Shown one piece after another: positions 20,123-29,768 of a DNA stretch of 64,000 bases. How positions within the stretch are numbered: position 1 is the first letter of the stretch; each line of letters begins with the position of its first letter. The position numbers and the translations under genes were made by a program. This stretch comes from an uncultured delta proteobacterium (lineage in GTDB: Bacteria; Desulfobacterota; Binatia; UBA9968), in contig CAVYTU010000013.1 of NCBI GenBank assembly GCA_963771465.1, positions 1 to 64,000 on the forward strand. The letters run 5' to 3'. Below the pieces are notes generated by a model. That model did no database searches. It was given only the letters and a program-made list of their open reading frames with translations, and was not told the DNA's origin.

Positions 20123-21082
20123 ATGCTGAAATACCGTACCGCTATGCTCGGTGCCGTGCTGGTGGCCGTAGCGCTTGTTGGCCACGCTCCGAGTATTCTT
20201 GCACAGACACAGAAAATTCGCATTTCGCTGTCGAGCCGGAGCAATACCAACACGACCTACTACGTCGCCCAGGCGAAGGGAATTTTCAAAGACGAAGGGT
20301 TGGAAGTCGAGTTCATCCAAGTCAATCCGCGGCTTGGTGCGATGGCGGTTTTGAACGGCGACGTGACTTTTACGACTTCGTTCGTCAGCACCTTTCGCGG
20401 CGTCGTCCAGGGGCTGCCGATGAAGACTGTCTTCGTCTTGCTCAAGAAAGGCATTTACCACCTGATGGTGCGGCCAGATATCATCAAGGATGTGCAAGAG
20501 CTTAAGGGTAAAAAGCTTGGCGTGACGGCCGTCAACGGCGGCGATCATATCATCGGCCGCGAATTGTTACGGATGAAAGGCATCGATCCGAATCTCGTGC
20601 AGGCGATCGCCGTGGGCGACCCGGCATTGCGCGCCCAGGCGGTTCTATCCAACCTCGTTCAAGCCGTCTCGGTGTCGCCGCCGCATGATATCATGCTGCA
20701 ACAACAAGGGCTGAAGGCGGTCTCGGGCCCGCCGGAGATCGGGGTGCCGTCGTCGGGTTTGTTCGCCTCGGATAAGTTGATCAAAGATAATCCGCAAATA
20801 CTTCGGCGCGCCATCCGAGCCGCGCTCCGAGCGAACAAATTTATCGATGCCAACCGCGAAGAGACGATTCGCATCATGGCCAAGGCGGTGCCGCAGTCTC
20901 TGGAAGCGGCGGCGCGGTCTTACGATATCGAGCTGAAACAATTGGCCAGAGACGGCCTGATGACGGATGCCGAAATTGAATTCCAGATGGACCGGCTCGC
21001 CGAGAAGCGCCGGCCGCTGGATGAGGTGCGCGATTTTTCATTTGCGCGACAAGCGTTAAAGGAATTGGAGTCGGGAAAGTAA
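20123..21082 (+). CDS. ABC-type substrate-binding protein, NMT1/THI5/SsuA-like
   Basis: ATG at 20123 after GAGGAG; signal peptide; KGIFKDEGLEVE, ELKGKKLGV. Confidence 0.85.
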   Translation: MLKYRTAMLGAVLVAVALVGHAPSILAQTQKIRISLSSRSNTNTTYYVAQAKGIFKDEGLEVEFIQVNPRLGAMAVLNGDVTFTTSFVSTFRGVVQGLPMKTVFVLLKKGIYHLMVRPDIIKDVQELKGKKLGVTAVNGGDHIIGRELLRMKGIDPNLVQAIAVGDPALRAQAVLSNLVQAVSVSPPHDIMLQQQGLKAVSGPPEIGVPSSGLFASDKLIKDNPQILRRAIRAALRANKFIDANREETIRIMAKAVPQSLEAAARSYDIELKQLARDGLMTDAEIEFQMDRLAEKRRPLDEVRDFSFARQALKELESGK

Positions 21083-21093
21083 ACAGGCTTGCT

Positions 21094-21315
21094 TCAAACT
21101 TTGCTGGGCGGCGCGGTTTTACGCCGGTGCGCTTTCCAACCACGCACGCCCAGCGACAAGAACAACAGTCCCGTTACTAACCAACCAGCGGCGATTTTCA
21201 GTTCCGGATTCTTGAGAACGTCCGCATGGGTCAGAACGTCCAATCCGGTGAAAGCCGCGCCTGCTAAAAATATTACCGCCAGCAACAGTGCTGTGACCCA
21301 GACGAATCTTTTCAT
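21094..21315 (-). CDS. Small two-helix membrane protein, unknown function
   Basis: 73 aa, two hydrophobic segments and a basic tail; fills the gap downstream of the TctC-like gene. Confidence 0.55.
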   Translation of the reverse strand: MKRFVWVTALLLAVIFLAGAAFTGLDVLTHADVLKNPELKIAAGWLVTGLLFLSLGVRGWKAHRRKTAPPSKV

Positions 21316-21333
21316 GTTCGCGCACGGTTAATG

Positions 21334-22407
21334 CTACTGCGACAACTTCAGCACGCGGTCGATCACGTCCTTCGGCTGGTTCATTACGTCGCCGATTTGC
21401 GATTGGACATCCGCGCCCGTGAGCACTTCGAGGTCGAGACGGCTTTTTTTCGCTTCTTCGACCACGGCGGGATCTTTGAAAGTCTTCAGAATAGCGTCGC
21501 GTAGCATAGTGATGCGGTCGGTTGGCGTGCCTGGCGTTGTCATGATCGGCCGACCGAGGGTTGCCGAAGCCAGCAGCACTTTGGCGACGTTACGGCTCAC
21601 TGCGGGCGTTTTCTTTTTGTCCATGAGTTCGATTAGCACCGGCGCGTCGGGCAGGCGCGGATCTTTTTTTGCGCCGGTCTGAACGATATGGCGGTCAAAT
21701 CCATTCTTGTGCCAAGTGAAGTAAGGCTCGCGGGCGAAGTGAGTGGTGAGGCCGGTGCCGCGGCAATGAATTTCGCCTTTTTCCAAAGCCAGGTCGATCT
21801 CGACGCCGCCGGGATAGCCGCGCACCTCTTGAAATTTTGCGCCGAGAGTTTCTTCCAAGATATTATTTAAGATCGTAGTCAAATCCGAAGTCCCGGTGGA
21901 GCCGCACTTGGGCGCTTCTTTCGAATTCAATATGTCTTCGATCGACTTCCACGGCGCGTCGGCCTTCATGTAGAGCATCAAATCCCGTTGATCGACGCTG
22001 CCGAGCCAGTGCAATTTACGCACATCGAAGGTAGCTTCTTTTCGTCCGAGCATCTGGTCGAGATAGATGCCGCTGCCCGGCATTCCCAACGTCAAGCCGT
22101 CGGGTTTGGCGACGCCGTAAACATAATTCGTCGCGCTCAATGATCCCGCGCCGGGCATATTCTGCACGATGATGTTGGGGTTCCCGGGGATGTATTTCCC
22201 CATGTGGCGCGCGAGTAAACGCGCGTATTGGTCATAAAGGCCGCCGGACGTGAAGCCGACGATGATGCGAATGGTTTTGTCTTTGTAAAACGGCGCGGCC
22301 TGGCCGAAGACGCTCCCTTCGCTCATCCACTGACAGGCGAGAAGCAGCCAGACGATGATTCCAGTCGTGCGTAATCGATTGCGATAAATGCCGATGCCGT
22401 TGGCCAT
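21334..22407 (-). CDS. Tripartite tricarboxylate transporter substrate-binding protein (Bug/TctC family)
   Basis: IVGFTSGGLYD, NMPGAGS, AKPDGLT, GYPGG...ALEKGE; AAGGAG RBS before ATG 22407. Confidence 0.88.
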   Translation of the reverse strand: MANGIGIYRNRLRTTGIIVWLLLACQWMSEGSVFGQAAPFYKDKTIRIIVGFTSGGLYDQYARLLARHMGKYIPGNPNIIVQNMPGAGSLSATNYVYGVAKPDGLTLGMPGSGIYLDQMLGRKEATFDVRKLHWLGSVDQRDLMLYMKADAPWKSIEDILNSKEAPKCGSTGTSDLTTILNNILEETLGAKFQEVRGYPGGVEIDLALEKGEIHCRGTGLTTHFAREPYFTWHKNGFDRHIVQTGAKKDPRLPDAPVLIELMDKKKTPAVSRNVAKVLLASATLGRPIMTTPGTPTDRITMLRDAILKTFKDPAVVEEAKKSRLDLEVLTGADVQSQIGDVMNQPKDVIDRVLKLSQ

Positions 22408-22557
22408 GTAACGCTCCTTTGTTCGATTCCGAGACAGTTTATAAGGAGTTTGCCGAGCTTCTGCAAATTCACAAGGGAGCATCATGAGAAGTCTGTTGCG
22501 AAATTTTTCCGATTTGGCTTATAAGTGCTGATCGTTACGAAGAAGGGGGAGGAACCT

Positions 22558-23607
22558 ATGCCAATGATTGGATGGCTGTCATCCTTTGTTAGGAGAGCAG
22601 CGCAGGTCGCTTGTCTGTGCCTAATCCTTCTCGCCGTTCTAGTTCTTCCCGGCTTTGCGCAAGATGCATCGAAGAAACTTTTGGTCGCCTACTCAGGGCT
22701 GATCACGATGAACGCCAGCTTGTGGGTGGCGGAAGACTTGGGTTTGTTCAAGAAACATGGACTCGATGTCAACGCGGTGTTTACCGGCAGCGGCTCGGTG
22801 ACCTCGCAGACACTCGTCGCCGGGGAGGCGAAGCTGGCGGCCAATAGCGTCGGTCCGGTTGCGGGCGCTGCCGGCGGCGGCGCGGACATCGTGATTCTCG
22901 CTGGGTTAGTGCAAATGCTGCCCTATCAACTTTGGGTGCGTCCGCAAATTCGCCAAGCCGCAGACATGAAGGGTAAAAGCGTCGCGATCAGCACTTTCGG
23001 CTCGGGCAGTCATCTCGCCGTCGAAGTGGCGCTGCAACATATCGGCATCGAAGTCGCGCGCGACAAAGTTGCGATCATGCAGATCGGCGCTCAACCCGAT
23101 CGCATGGCGGCGGTGGTGGCCGGCAGAGTGGACGGCACCGCGCTCGAACCGGGATTTGGCCAAGTGGCGAAAGATAAAGGGCTCGTAATGCTCACCGATT
23201 TGACCAAGAGCGACACGCCTTATGTCAATACGGTGATGAGCGCGCAACGCCGCTACGTCAGAGAAAATCCGCAGCAGGTGGAGACCTTTCTCAAAGGCAT
23301 CGTCGATGGATTGGCTGCGATGGCAAATCCCGCCAATGACAAGGCGATAAAGAATGTTTTGGCCAAGCGGCTCAAATTGACGGCGCCCGACAGTGTACAA
23401 ATTCTATACGATGCGACAGTGCAGATGCATGCGAAAACCAAAGTGCCCAATACCTCGATCCCCGGCACGCAGAACATGATCGATGCTTTGCATCGAGTGA
23501 ATCCACGGCTCGCGAAGGTCAAGGCCACTGAGTTGATCGACAACTCGTTCGTCGACCGGCTGGAGAAGTCGGGCTACATCGCGGAGGTGATGAAGCGTGG
23601 TCGTTAA
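22558..23607 (+). CDS. ABC-type substrate-binding protein, NMT1/THI5/SsuA-like
   Basis: Signal peptide, GLFKKHGLDV, DMKGKSVAIS, DNSFVDRLEKSG. Confidence 0.85.
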   Translation: MPMIGWLSSFVRRAAQVACLCLILLAVLVLPGFAQDASKKLLVAYSGLITMNASLWVAEDLGLFKKHGLDVNAVFTGSGSVTSQTLVAGEAKLAANSVGPVAGAAGGGADIVILAGLVQMLPYQLWVRPQIRQAADMKGKSVAISTFGSGSHLAVEVALQHIGIEVARDKVAIMQIGAQPDRMAAVVAGRVDGTALEPGFGQVAKDKGLVMLTDLTKSDTPYVNTVMSAQRRYVRENPQQVETFLKGIVDGLAAMANPANDKAIKNVLAKRLKLTAPDSVQILYDATVQMHAKTKVPNTSIPGTQNMIDALHRVNPRLAKVKATELIDNSFVDRLEKSGYIAEVMKRGR

Positions 23608-23631
23608 TGGCACGGAAATCGATCGGATGAT

Positions 23632-23715
23632 TTCACCACGAAGGACACGAAGAGCACGAAGTTCGGAGTTTTAATCGTCCGAACCCTTCGTGTCCTTCGT
23701 GATCTTCGTGGTGAA
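23632..23715. repeat. Long palindrome built from 9-nt CACGAAGnn units
   Basis: ttcac-cacgaagga-cacgaagag-cacgaagttcgga pairs with tccgaacc-cttcgtgtc-cttcgtgat-cttcgtg-gtgaa. Confidence 0.85.
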
Positions 23716-23765
23716 TAATTCCGCCACTCCAATATGTGAATGCGCCAATCCAATTCCATTATTCA

Positions 23766-25163
23766 ATGCCTACTTTGAATCATTCGTATGACGTGCTTAT
23801 TGCCGGCGGCGGCAATGCTGCGCTTTGCGCGGCGATCACGGCGCGGCGCGCCGGGGCTCGCGTCATCTTGCTCGAGAGCGCGACACGAGATTTTCGCGGC
23901 GGCAATAGCCGCCACACCCGCGATATTCGTTATATGCACCGGGCTGCCACCGGATTCGTCACGGGTGCTTACGAAGAAGAAGAGTTTTGGCAAGATCTGC
24001 TCGGCGTCACCGGTGGCGCGACCAACGAGCGACTGGCCCGATTGGTGATTCGCGAATCGGAAACGCTTGGCGATTGGATGCCGGCCACCGGTGTGCGCTG
24101 GCAAAAGCCGCTGCGCGGCACGCTTCATCTGACGCGCAGCAATCTGTTCATGCTCGGCGGCGGCAAGGCGATGATCAACGCCTACTACGACACGGCGGCC
24201 AAGCTCGGCGTCGAGATTCTTTACGAATCCGAAGTGCGAGAGCTGGAAGTTCGCGACGGCGAATTCATTTCCGCATTGGCCATTCGCGACGGCGCGGCGC
24301 GCGCCATCGCCGCCAAAACCATTGTCGTCGCATCCGGAGGCTTCGAGGCGAATATTCCTTGGTTGAAAGAATACTGGGGCGAGGCGGCGGAGAATTTCAT
24401 CATCCGCGGCACCAAGAACAATCAGGGCGTGCTGCTCAAAGAGTTGCTCAAACATGGCGCCAAGCCGGAAGGCGATCCGCGCGGCTGCCATGCCGTCGCC
24501 CTCGACGCGCGCGCGCCGAAATTCGACGGCGGCATTGTCACCCGGCTCGATAGCGTGCCCTTCGGCATCGTCGTCAATAAAGAGGTAAAACGTTTTTACG
24601 ACGAGGGCGAAGATTTTTGGCCCAAGCGCTACGCGATTTGGGGCAAACTGATCGCCGAGCAGCCGGACCAAATCGCCTATTCAATCATCGACGCTAACGC
24701 GCTGCCGCGCTTCATGCCGTCTGTTTTCGCCCCGGTGGCAGCCGGCTCGATCGCCGAGCTGGCGACCGCGTTAGGGGTCGATCCGCAGGCGCTGGTTGCC
24801 GTCGTCGACGAATTCAATCGCTCCGTGCGCGCAGGCAAATTCGATCCCGCCAGTTTAGACGATTGTCGCACCGAAGGACTCACGCCGCCGAAGAGCCATT
24901 GGGCGAAAGTTATTGACACGCCGCCGTTCTACGGCTACCCGCTCAGGCCGGGCATCACGTTTACTTATCTCGGTGTGACCGTCGACGAACAGGCACGGGT
25001 GATCATGCAAGACGATCGGCCGGCGAAAAATATTTTTGCCGCGGGCGAAATGATGGCTGGCAACATTCTAGGCAAGGGTTATCTGGCGGGATTCGGTTTG
25101 ACCATCGGTTCGGTGTTTGGCCGGATCGCCGGACGGGAGGCGGCGCGCCGTGGCGGATTTTGA
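23766..25163 (+). CDS. tcuA: FAD-dependent tricarballylate dehydrogenase
   Basis: GGGNAALCAA, RGGNSRHTR, CHAVALDARAPKFDGGIVTRLD, DEGEDFWPKRYAIWG, PGITFTYLG, GYLAGFG; start could instead be 23736. Confidence 0.92.
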   Translation: MPTLNHSYDVLIAGGGNAALCAAITARRAGARVILLESATRDFRGGNSRHTRDIRYMHRAATGFVTGAYEEEEFWQDLLGVTGGATNERLARLVIRESETLGDWMPATGVRWQKPLRGTLHLTRSNLFMLGGGKAMINAYYDTAAKLGVEILYESEVRELEVRDGEFISALAIRDGAARAIAAKTIVVASGGFEANIPWLKEYWGEAAENFIIRGTKNNQGVLLKELLKHGAKPEGDPRGCHAVALDARAPKFDGGIVTRLDSVPFGIVVNKEVKRFYDEGEDFWPKRYAIWGKLIAEQPDQIAYSIIDANALPRFMPSVFAPVAAGSIAELATALGVDPQALVAVVDEFNRSVRAGKFDPASLDDCRTEGLTPPKSHWAKVIDTPPFYGYPLRPGITFTYLGVTVDEQARVIMQDDRPAKNIFAAGEMMAGNILGKGYLAGFGLTIGSVFGRIAGREAARRGGF

Positions 25164-26259
25164 TTTAGTCAAAGACGGCGCGCGGCAGATGACGATCTGC
25201 AATGCTTGCCGCTACTGCGAAGGGTATTGCGCGGTTTTCCCTGCGATGGAGCAGCGGCGGATTTTTACCAAGGGCGATCTGACTTATCTCGCCAACCTTT
25301 GTTTCGATTGCCGCGACTGTTACTACGCTTGTCAGTATGCGCCACCGCATGAGTTCGGCGTGAATATTCCCAAGTTGATGTCCGAGCTGCGCACGGATAC
25401 TTACAGTGAGTTTACTTGGCCGGCGATGCTTTCCGGCTTGTTCAAACACAACGCGCTGGCGGTCGGGCTCATCACGGCGGCGTCCTCGGTTATCATCCTC
25501 GGCTTCGTGCTGGCGTTCCAGGGTTCGGCGATGTTATTCGCCGTTCATCTTGGCGAAGGGGCGTTTTATCGCGTTGTTCCATTCATCGCCATGACCGTGG
25601 CGCCGTCGTTGGTTGCGCTTTACGGTTTGGCGGTTTTCACCATCGGCGCGGCGCGCTTCTGGCGCGAAACCCAAGGCAGCGTCGCCGAGCTAATAAATTC
25701 CACCGCGCTGTGGCAGGCGACTAAAGATGCCTTCGGCTTGGCTTATATGAAAGGCGGCGGCGCCGGCTGCAATTATCCCGATGAGAAATTCTCTATGTCG
25801 CGCCTGTGGTTTCATCATTTAGTCTTCTTCGGCTTTCTGCTCGACCTAGTCGCCACCACCATCGCTGCTTTCTATGATCACTTTCTTGGCTGGCAGGCGC
25901 CCTATCCATATTTCAGTTTGCCGGTTGTCTTCGGCACGGTTGGCGGGATCATGTTAGTCGTCGGCACGATCGGTCTGCTTTATTTGAAATGGCGCAGCGA
26001 TCGCGAACCGGCGCATGCGAGCATGTTCAGCATGGACGTAGCGTTTCTTGTTATGTTGTTCCTGACCAGCTTCACTGGGCTTCTGCTGCTCGGCTTTCGC
26101 GAGACCGCGGCGATGGGCGTGCTGCTCGTCGTTCACCTCGGCGTCGTGGCCGGCCTTTTCATTACGATGCCGTACGGAAAATTCGCCCATGTTATCTACC
26201 GATACGCGGCCTTGGTACGCTTTTCCATCGAACAGCGCCGCGTCGAAGGCAACGGTTGA
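25150..26259 (+). CDS. tcuB: Tricarballylate utilisation 4Fe-4S membrane protein
   Basis: ICNACRYCEGYCAVF, LCFDCRDCYYACQYAPPHEF, six TM segments, PYGKFAH; GTG start overlaps the end of tcuA. Confidence 0.92.
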   Translation: MADFDLVKDGARQMTICNACRYCEGYCAVFPAMEQRRIFTKGDLTYLANLCFDCRDCYYACQYAPPHEFGVNIPKLMSELRTDTYSEFTWPAMLSGLFKHNALAVGLITAASSVIILGFVLAFQGSAMLFAVHLGEGAFYRVVPFIAMTVAPSLVALYGLAVFTIGAARFWRETQGSVAELINSTALWQATKDAFGLAYMKGGGAGCNYPDEKFSMSRLWFHHLVFFGFLLDLVATTIAAFYDHFLGWQAPYPYFSLPVVFGTVGGIMLVVGTIGLLYLKWRSDREPAHASMFSMDVAFLVMLFLTSFTGLLLLGFRETAAMGVLLVVHLGVVAGLFITMPYGKFAHVIYRYAALVRFSIEQRRVEGNG

Positions 26260-26958
26260 AAGCGATTCCTGAAATCGTCCGCATCCCTGAAGGATATTTT
26301 CTGATGGGTTGCGATCAAGGCCAGGAGAATGAGCGGCCGGTACATCGCGTGTGGATTGACGGCTTCGGCATCGGCAAATTTCCCATCACCAATCGCCAAT
26401 ACGCTTTCTTTGTCGAACAAACCCAAGCTGTGCCGGCGCCGTTTTGCGCTGATCCGATGTTCACCGGCGCGGAGAAACCTGTCGTCGGCCTGACTTGGGA
26501 CGAAGCTGTTCAGTACTGCGTTTGGCTGAGCGAAAAGACCAATCAAAAATTTCGTCTGCCGACCGAAGCCGAGTGGGAACGGGCCGCGCGCGGCGGTAGA
26601 GAAGGCGGGCTATATCCTTGGGGCGATCAAGAACCTAGCGAGCGCGCGGGCTATTGGAATCGACGCGGTCACCGGCGGACCGGCGCCCATCGGCGTCAAT
26701 GAGCCCAATGGTTTCGGACTCTACGACATGAGCGAAGGCGTGCACGAGTGGTGCAGCGACTATTACGATTACAACTATTACTGCTCTTCGCCAGAGCGAA
26801 ATCCGCAGGGAGCGGCATCGGGAATGCGCCGCTCATCGCGCGGCGGCTCGTGGCGTCATCAGATCAAGTTCAGCCGCTGCGCCGGGCGCAGCTCATTGCC
26901 GCCGTCATTCAGATATACCGACTACGGTTTTCGCGTCGCGCTGACGGTTCACTCGTGA
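26256..26958 (+). CDS. Formylglycine-generating enzyme (SUMF1/FGE-sulfatase) domain protein, frameshift near 26645-26650
   Basis: FLMG...NERPVHRV, RLPTEAEWERAARGG, YPWG in one frame; PNGFGLYDM...HEWCSD...RGGSW...YGFRV in the next. TTG start overlaps the tcuB stop. Confidence 0.8.
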
Positions 26959-27018
26959 TCGTGTGCGTGACTCGTGCTCGCTTTCGGATTAGTCAACGAG
27001 CACGAGTCACGATCACGA
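26953..27018. repeat. 6/7-nt periodic inverted repeat between convergent genes, possible bidirectional terminator
   Basis: Perfect 15-bp arms cgtgactcgtgctcg (26966-26980) and cgagcacgagtcacg (26997-27011), plus flanking tcgtga units. Confidence 0.75.
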
Positions 27019-27019
27019 A

Positions 27020-27787
27020 TTACGGCCGCTGCTGGTTCGCCAATAGGCAACCCCAGCCTTTTACCGGCGGGATGATGCCGGGGCGGATCAGATCGTTCCA
27101 CACTTCGGCGCTCATGTTGGTGAAAGTCGGCTTGTGGAATTCGTCTTCCACCGCGGGAATCGCATGGAGCGACATGGCGGCGCCGCCGGGCACGAAGACA
27201 CCTTCGGCACCGGGCGCGGCGGCAGCGGCTTCACGGCCGACCTCGAGGGCGGTCTTGAGTCCCTCGTCTATCGTCATGCCGAAAGCTTCCGACGCCCATT
27301 GATTGCGTTTGGTCATGTGCACGACGTCGATGCCGGCGTCAGCCAGGTAGCGAATGATGGAGTCGTTGACTTTGTCGGCCCAACGGCTGCCGACGGTTAG
27401 TTTGGTAATGCCGAGGTGTTTCAACGCGGCGATCAACGCTTCGAGCGGCGCGTCAGCGTTAATGCCGGTTTTTTCTTTGGTCTGGCGCAGCAACTCGACC
27501 ACTCGGGATCGTCCCAACGCCGCTGAGATTGGCGCTCCGCTGAAAATGATCAGGTCGACTTTTTCCTTGGCGAGGCGCTCGACACAGGGCCAATAGTTGT
27601 TGATCGCCTTTTCGACTTTTTCCACCGTGTAGTCTTCCAATCCCAGCCCGGTGGAGATTTCGATCACGTCGTGCGGCACGACATGGTAGAGTTGGTAAGA
27701 GGAATTGCGCTTGGGATCTTCGTGCGCGCGCGGGTGAATCGCGCCGTAGCGAAATCGGGGCGTCAGTTTGCTTATGTAGTCAGCCAT
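27020..27787 (-). CDS. Asp/Glu racemase-fold protein (maleate isomerase / arylmalonate decarboxylase-like)
   Basis: Overall pattern DLIIFSG.P...ALKHLGITKL...YLADAGI...VEDEFHKP..TN...W...GWG.LL. Confidence 0.7.
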   Translation of the reverse strand: MADYISKLTPRFRYGAIHPRAHEDPKRNSSYQLYHVVPHDVIEISTGLGLEDYTVEKVEKAINNYWPCVERLAKEKVDLIIFSGAPISAALGRSRVVELLRQTKEKTGINADAPLEALIAALKHLGITKLTVGSRWADKVNDSIIRYLADAGIDVVHMTKRNQWASEAFGMTIDEGLKTALEVGREAAAAAPGAEGVFVPGGAAMSLHAIPAVEDEFHKPTFTNMSAEVWNDLIRPGIIPPVKGWGCLLANQQRP

Positions 27788-27847
27788 TTTTTTATTCTCC
27801 TTTACTGTTTGTTTACCTTAAGGACGACCGCTCGGTCGCTCCAACGA

Positions 27848-28831
27848 TTAAATGTTCAGTCTCAATAATTGAATTACGTTTTCGCCAAGAATTTTTTCCT
27901 TCTCTCGTTTCGGAATATTCATCGCCTCAATGCTCGGCACCGCGCCTGGCAAATCGCCGATGATCAGCGGAAAGTCGCTGCCGAGCATCATGCGGCCGGC
28001 GCCGTAGAATTCGTATGCCATCTGCAATGCCGGCTGGTAGAACGAAACCGTATCACAGTAAAGATCGCGCAGGTATTCATTGGTCGGCTTCTTGGTCTTG
28101 ATACCGCAAGTCGGATCATGAAAGCCGCGGTCGATGCGACCGGCGAGAAACGGAATACCCGCGCCGAGATGGGAAACGACAAAGTGAAGTTCGGGAAATT
28201 TGTCCATGATACCGGAGTAGGCGAGTCGCGTGGCCGAGAGCACGATATCGAACTCGAAACCGAGAATGATCGCTAAGCGCCACTCTTGCATGACCGCGGC
28301 GCCGAGCGGCGTGGTCGGATGGATGAAAATCGGCACGCCGAGCTGCTGCGCGCGCTCGTAAATCGGCAGGAGAAAATCCGCGTCGATCATTTTGCCGGCG
28401 ACGTTGGTGAGCATGCACATGCCCTTCAAGCCGAGATCGAGTACCGCGCGGTCGAATTCTTTGAGCGCGAGCTTGGTGTCGATCAGCGGTAGCATGGCGA
28501 GACCCTGAAAATTATTCGGATACTTTTTAACCGACTTGGCGATACCGTCGTTGATAATGCGGCTCATCTCAGCACTCTCTTCCGGCGAGAAACGGTCGAC
28601 GCCGGGATGGGGCGAGGAAAGGATCTGCATGTCGACACGGTTTTCCTTGATGCGATCGACGCGCACGTCGATGTCAAAGAAATCAGGAATGATCGGGCCG
28701 GCTTTGGCGCCCATGCTGATGATCCATTTCTGGCCCTTGTCATCGGTCTCGATCCGCACATCGCCAGTCGAAGCTTCGAGCTTTTTTAGATACTCTTCGG
28801 GGTAAATGTGCGCGTGAAAGTCGATGTTCAT
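27848..28831 (-). CDS. Amidohydrolase-2 family protein (ACMSD-like decarboxylase/hydratase)
   Basis: IDFHAH, PIFIHP, SHLGAGIP, LGSDFP. Confidence 0.88.
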   Translation of the reverse strand: MNIDFHAHIYPEEYLKKLEASTGDVRIETDDKGQKWIISMGAKAGPIIPDFFDIDVRVDRIKENRVDMQILSSPHPGVDRFSPEESAEMSRIINDGIAKSVKKYPNNFQGLAMLPLIDTKLALKEFDRAVLDLGLKGMCMLTNVAGKMIDADFLLPIYERAQQLGVPIFIHPTTPLGAAVMQEWRLAIILGFEFDIVLSATRLAYSGIMDKFPELHFVVSHLGAGIPFLAGRIDRGFHDPTCGIKTKKPTNEYLRDLYCDTVSFYQPALQMAYEFYGAGRMMLGSDFPLIIGDLPGAVPSIEAMNIPKREKEKILGENVIQLLRLNI

Positions 28832-28925
28832 ACTTATATCCTCAAATACCGTTCTAAAGGTTCAAATCGTTCAATGCCGTTCCGTCGTTTCGGATTCAGG
28901 TTTCCTCCTTGAACTTTGAAATGTT

Positions 28926-29768
28926 CTAGAGGCCTAAAATTCGCTCGGCGTTGCCGTGGAAAATTTTCTCCATCAGCTCGTCTGAGTAGCCCAGCTCGTG
29001 CCATTCTTTAAACAGGCGTTCGTACGGTATGCTGGGATAGTCGCTGCCGAACATGATTTTGTCTTTCAGCCGGCCTTTGATGTCGCGTTTGATCGCGTCG
29101 GGAAAATATTTTGGCGCCCAACCGGACATTTCCCATGAGACGTTGCCCTTATGCAACGCCACGGCGATCATTTCTTCGGTCCACGGCCAGCCGGGATGGG
29201 CGGCGACAATATTTAGATTGGGAAAATCGGCGGCGAGCTGATCGATGGCGGCCGGGTGCGCATGCCGGATCACCGCGCCCAAACCGCCCGGCATTCCTGC
29301 GCCCATGCCGGTGGTGCCGACGTCAATCATGACGGGAGCTTTCAGTTCGTTGATCGTTTCCCATAGCGGATAGAGCTTACGCTCGTCGACGGAAAAATGG
29401 CCCATGATCGGGTGGAAGTGAAAGCCGAGCAGCTTGAGATTTTGGATCGCCGTCTTGGCTTCTGCAATCGCAACGTCGCCTTTCAGCGGATCGACCGCGC
29501 CCCAAGCTTGCCGAATTATCCCAGGATGTCGATCACGCATTCGCGCGACATATTCATTGGTGCAGGGTGGCGAGCCGGTGACCGATTCGATGTCAAAAGC
29601 GACAAGCAACGGTTGGACGCCGGCTTGTTTAAATTCTTCGATGACTGCGGATTCTTCTTTCCACGTCCAGTCGCGATTCCAGTATTTCGCCAACGCTTCG
29701 ACGTACGGCCCTTGAGATTTGATCCAGGGTTCGGTGTTGGGGTAGCAGTGGAGGTCGATGATTTTCAA
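28926..29768 (-). CDS. Amidohydrolase-2 family protein (resembles beta-ketoacyl-CoA hydrolase CouO-type)
   Basis: HFHP, GMGAGMPGG, AHPGWPW, SGWAPKYF, FGSDYP; start overlaps the ligase stop. Confidence 0.82.
   Translation of the reverse strand: MKIIDLHCYPNTEPWIKSQGPYVEALAKYWNRDWTWKEESAVIEEFKQAGVQPLLVAFDIESVTGSPPCTNEYVARMRDRHPGIIRQAWGAVDPLKGDVAIAEAKTAIQNLKLLGFHFHPIMGHFSVDERKLYPLWETINELKAPVMIDVGTTGMGAGMPGGLGAVIRHAHPAAIDQLAADFPNLNIVAAHPGWPWTEEMIAVALHKGNVSWEMSGWAPKYFPDAIKRDIKGRLKDKIMFGSDYPSIPYERLFKEWHELGYSDELMEKIFHGNAERILGL

Noticed and set aside
19925-20548. N-terminal extension of the 547-aa ORF 18905-20548
   Set aside because: It overlaps the divergent SBP gene antisense, and the signal peptide begins at 19924.
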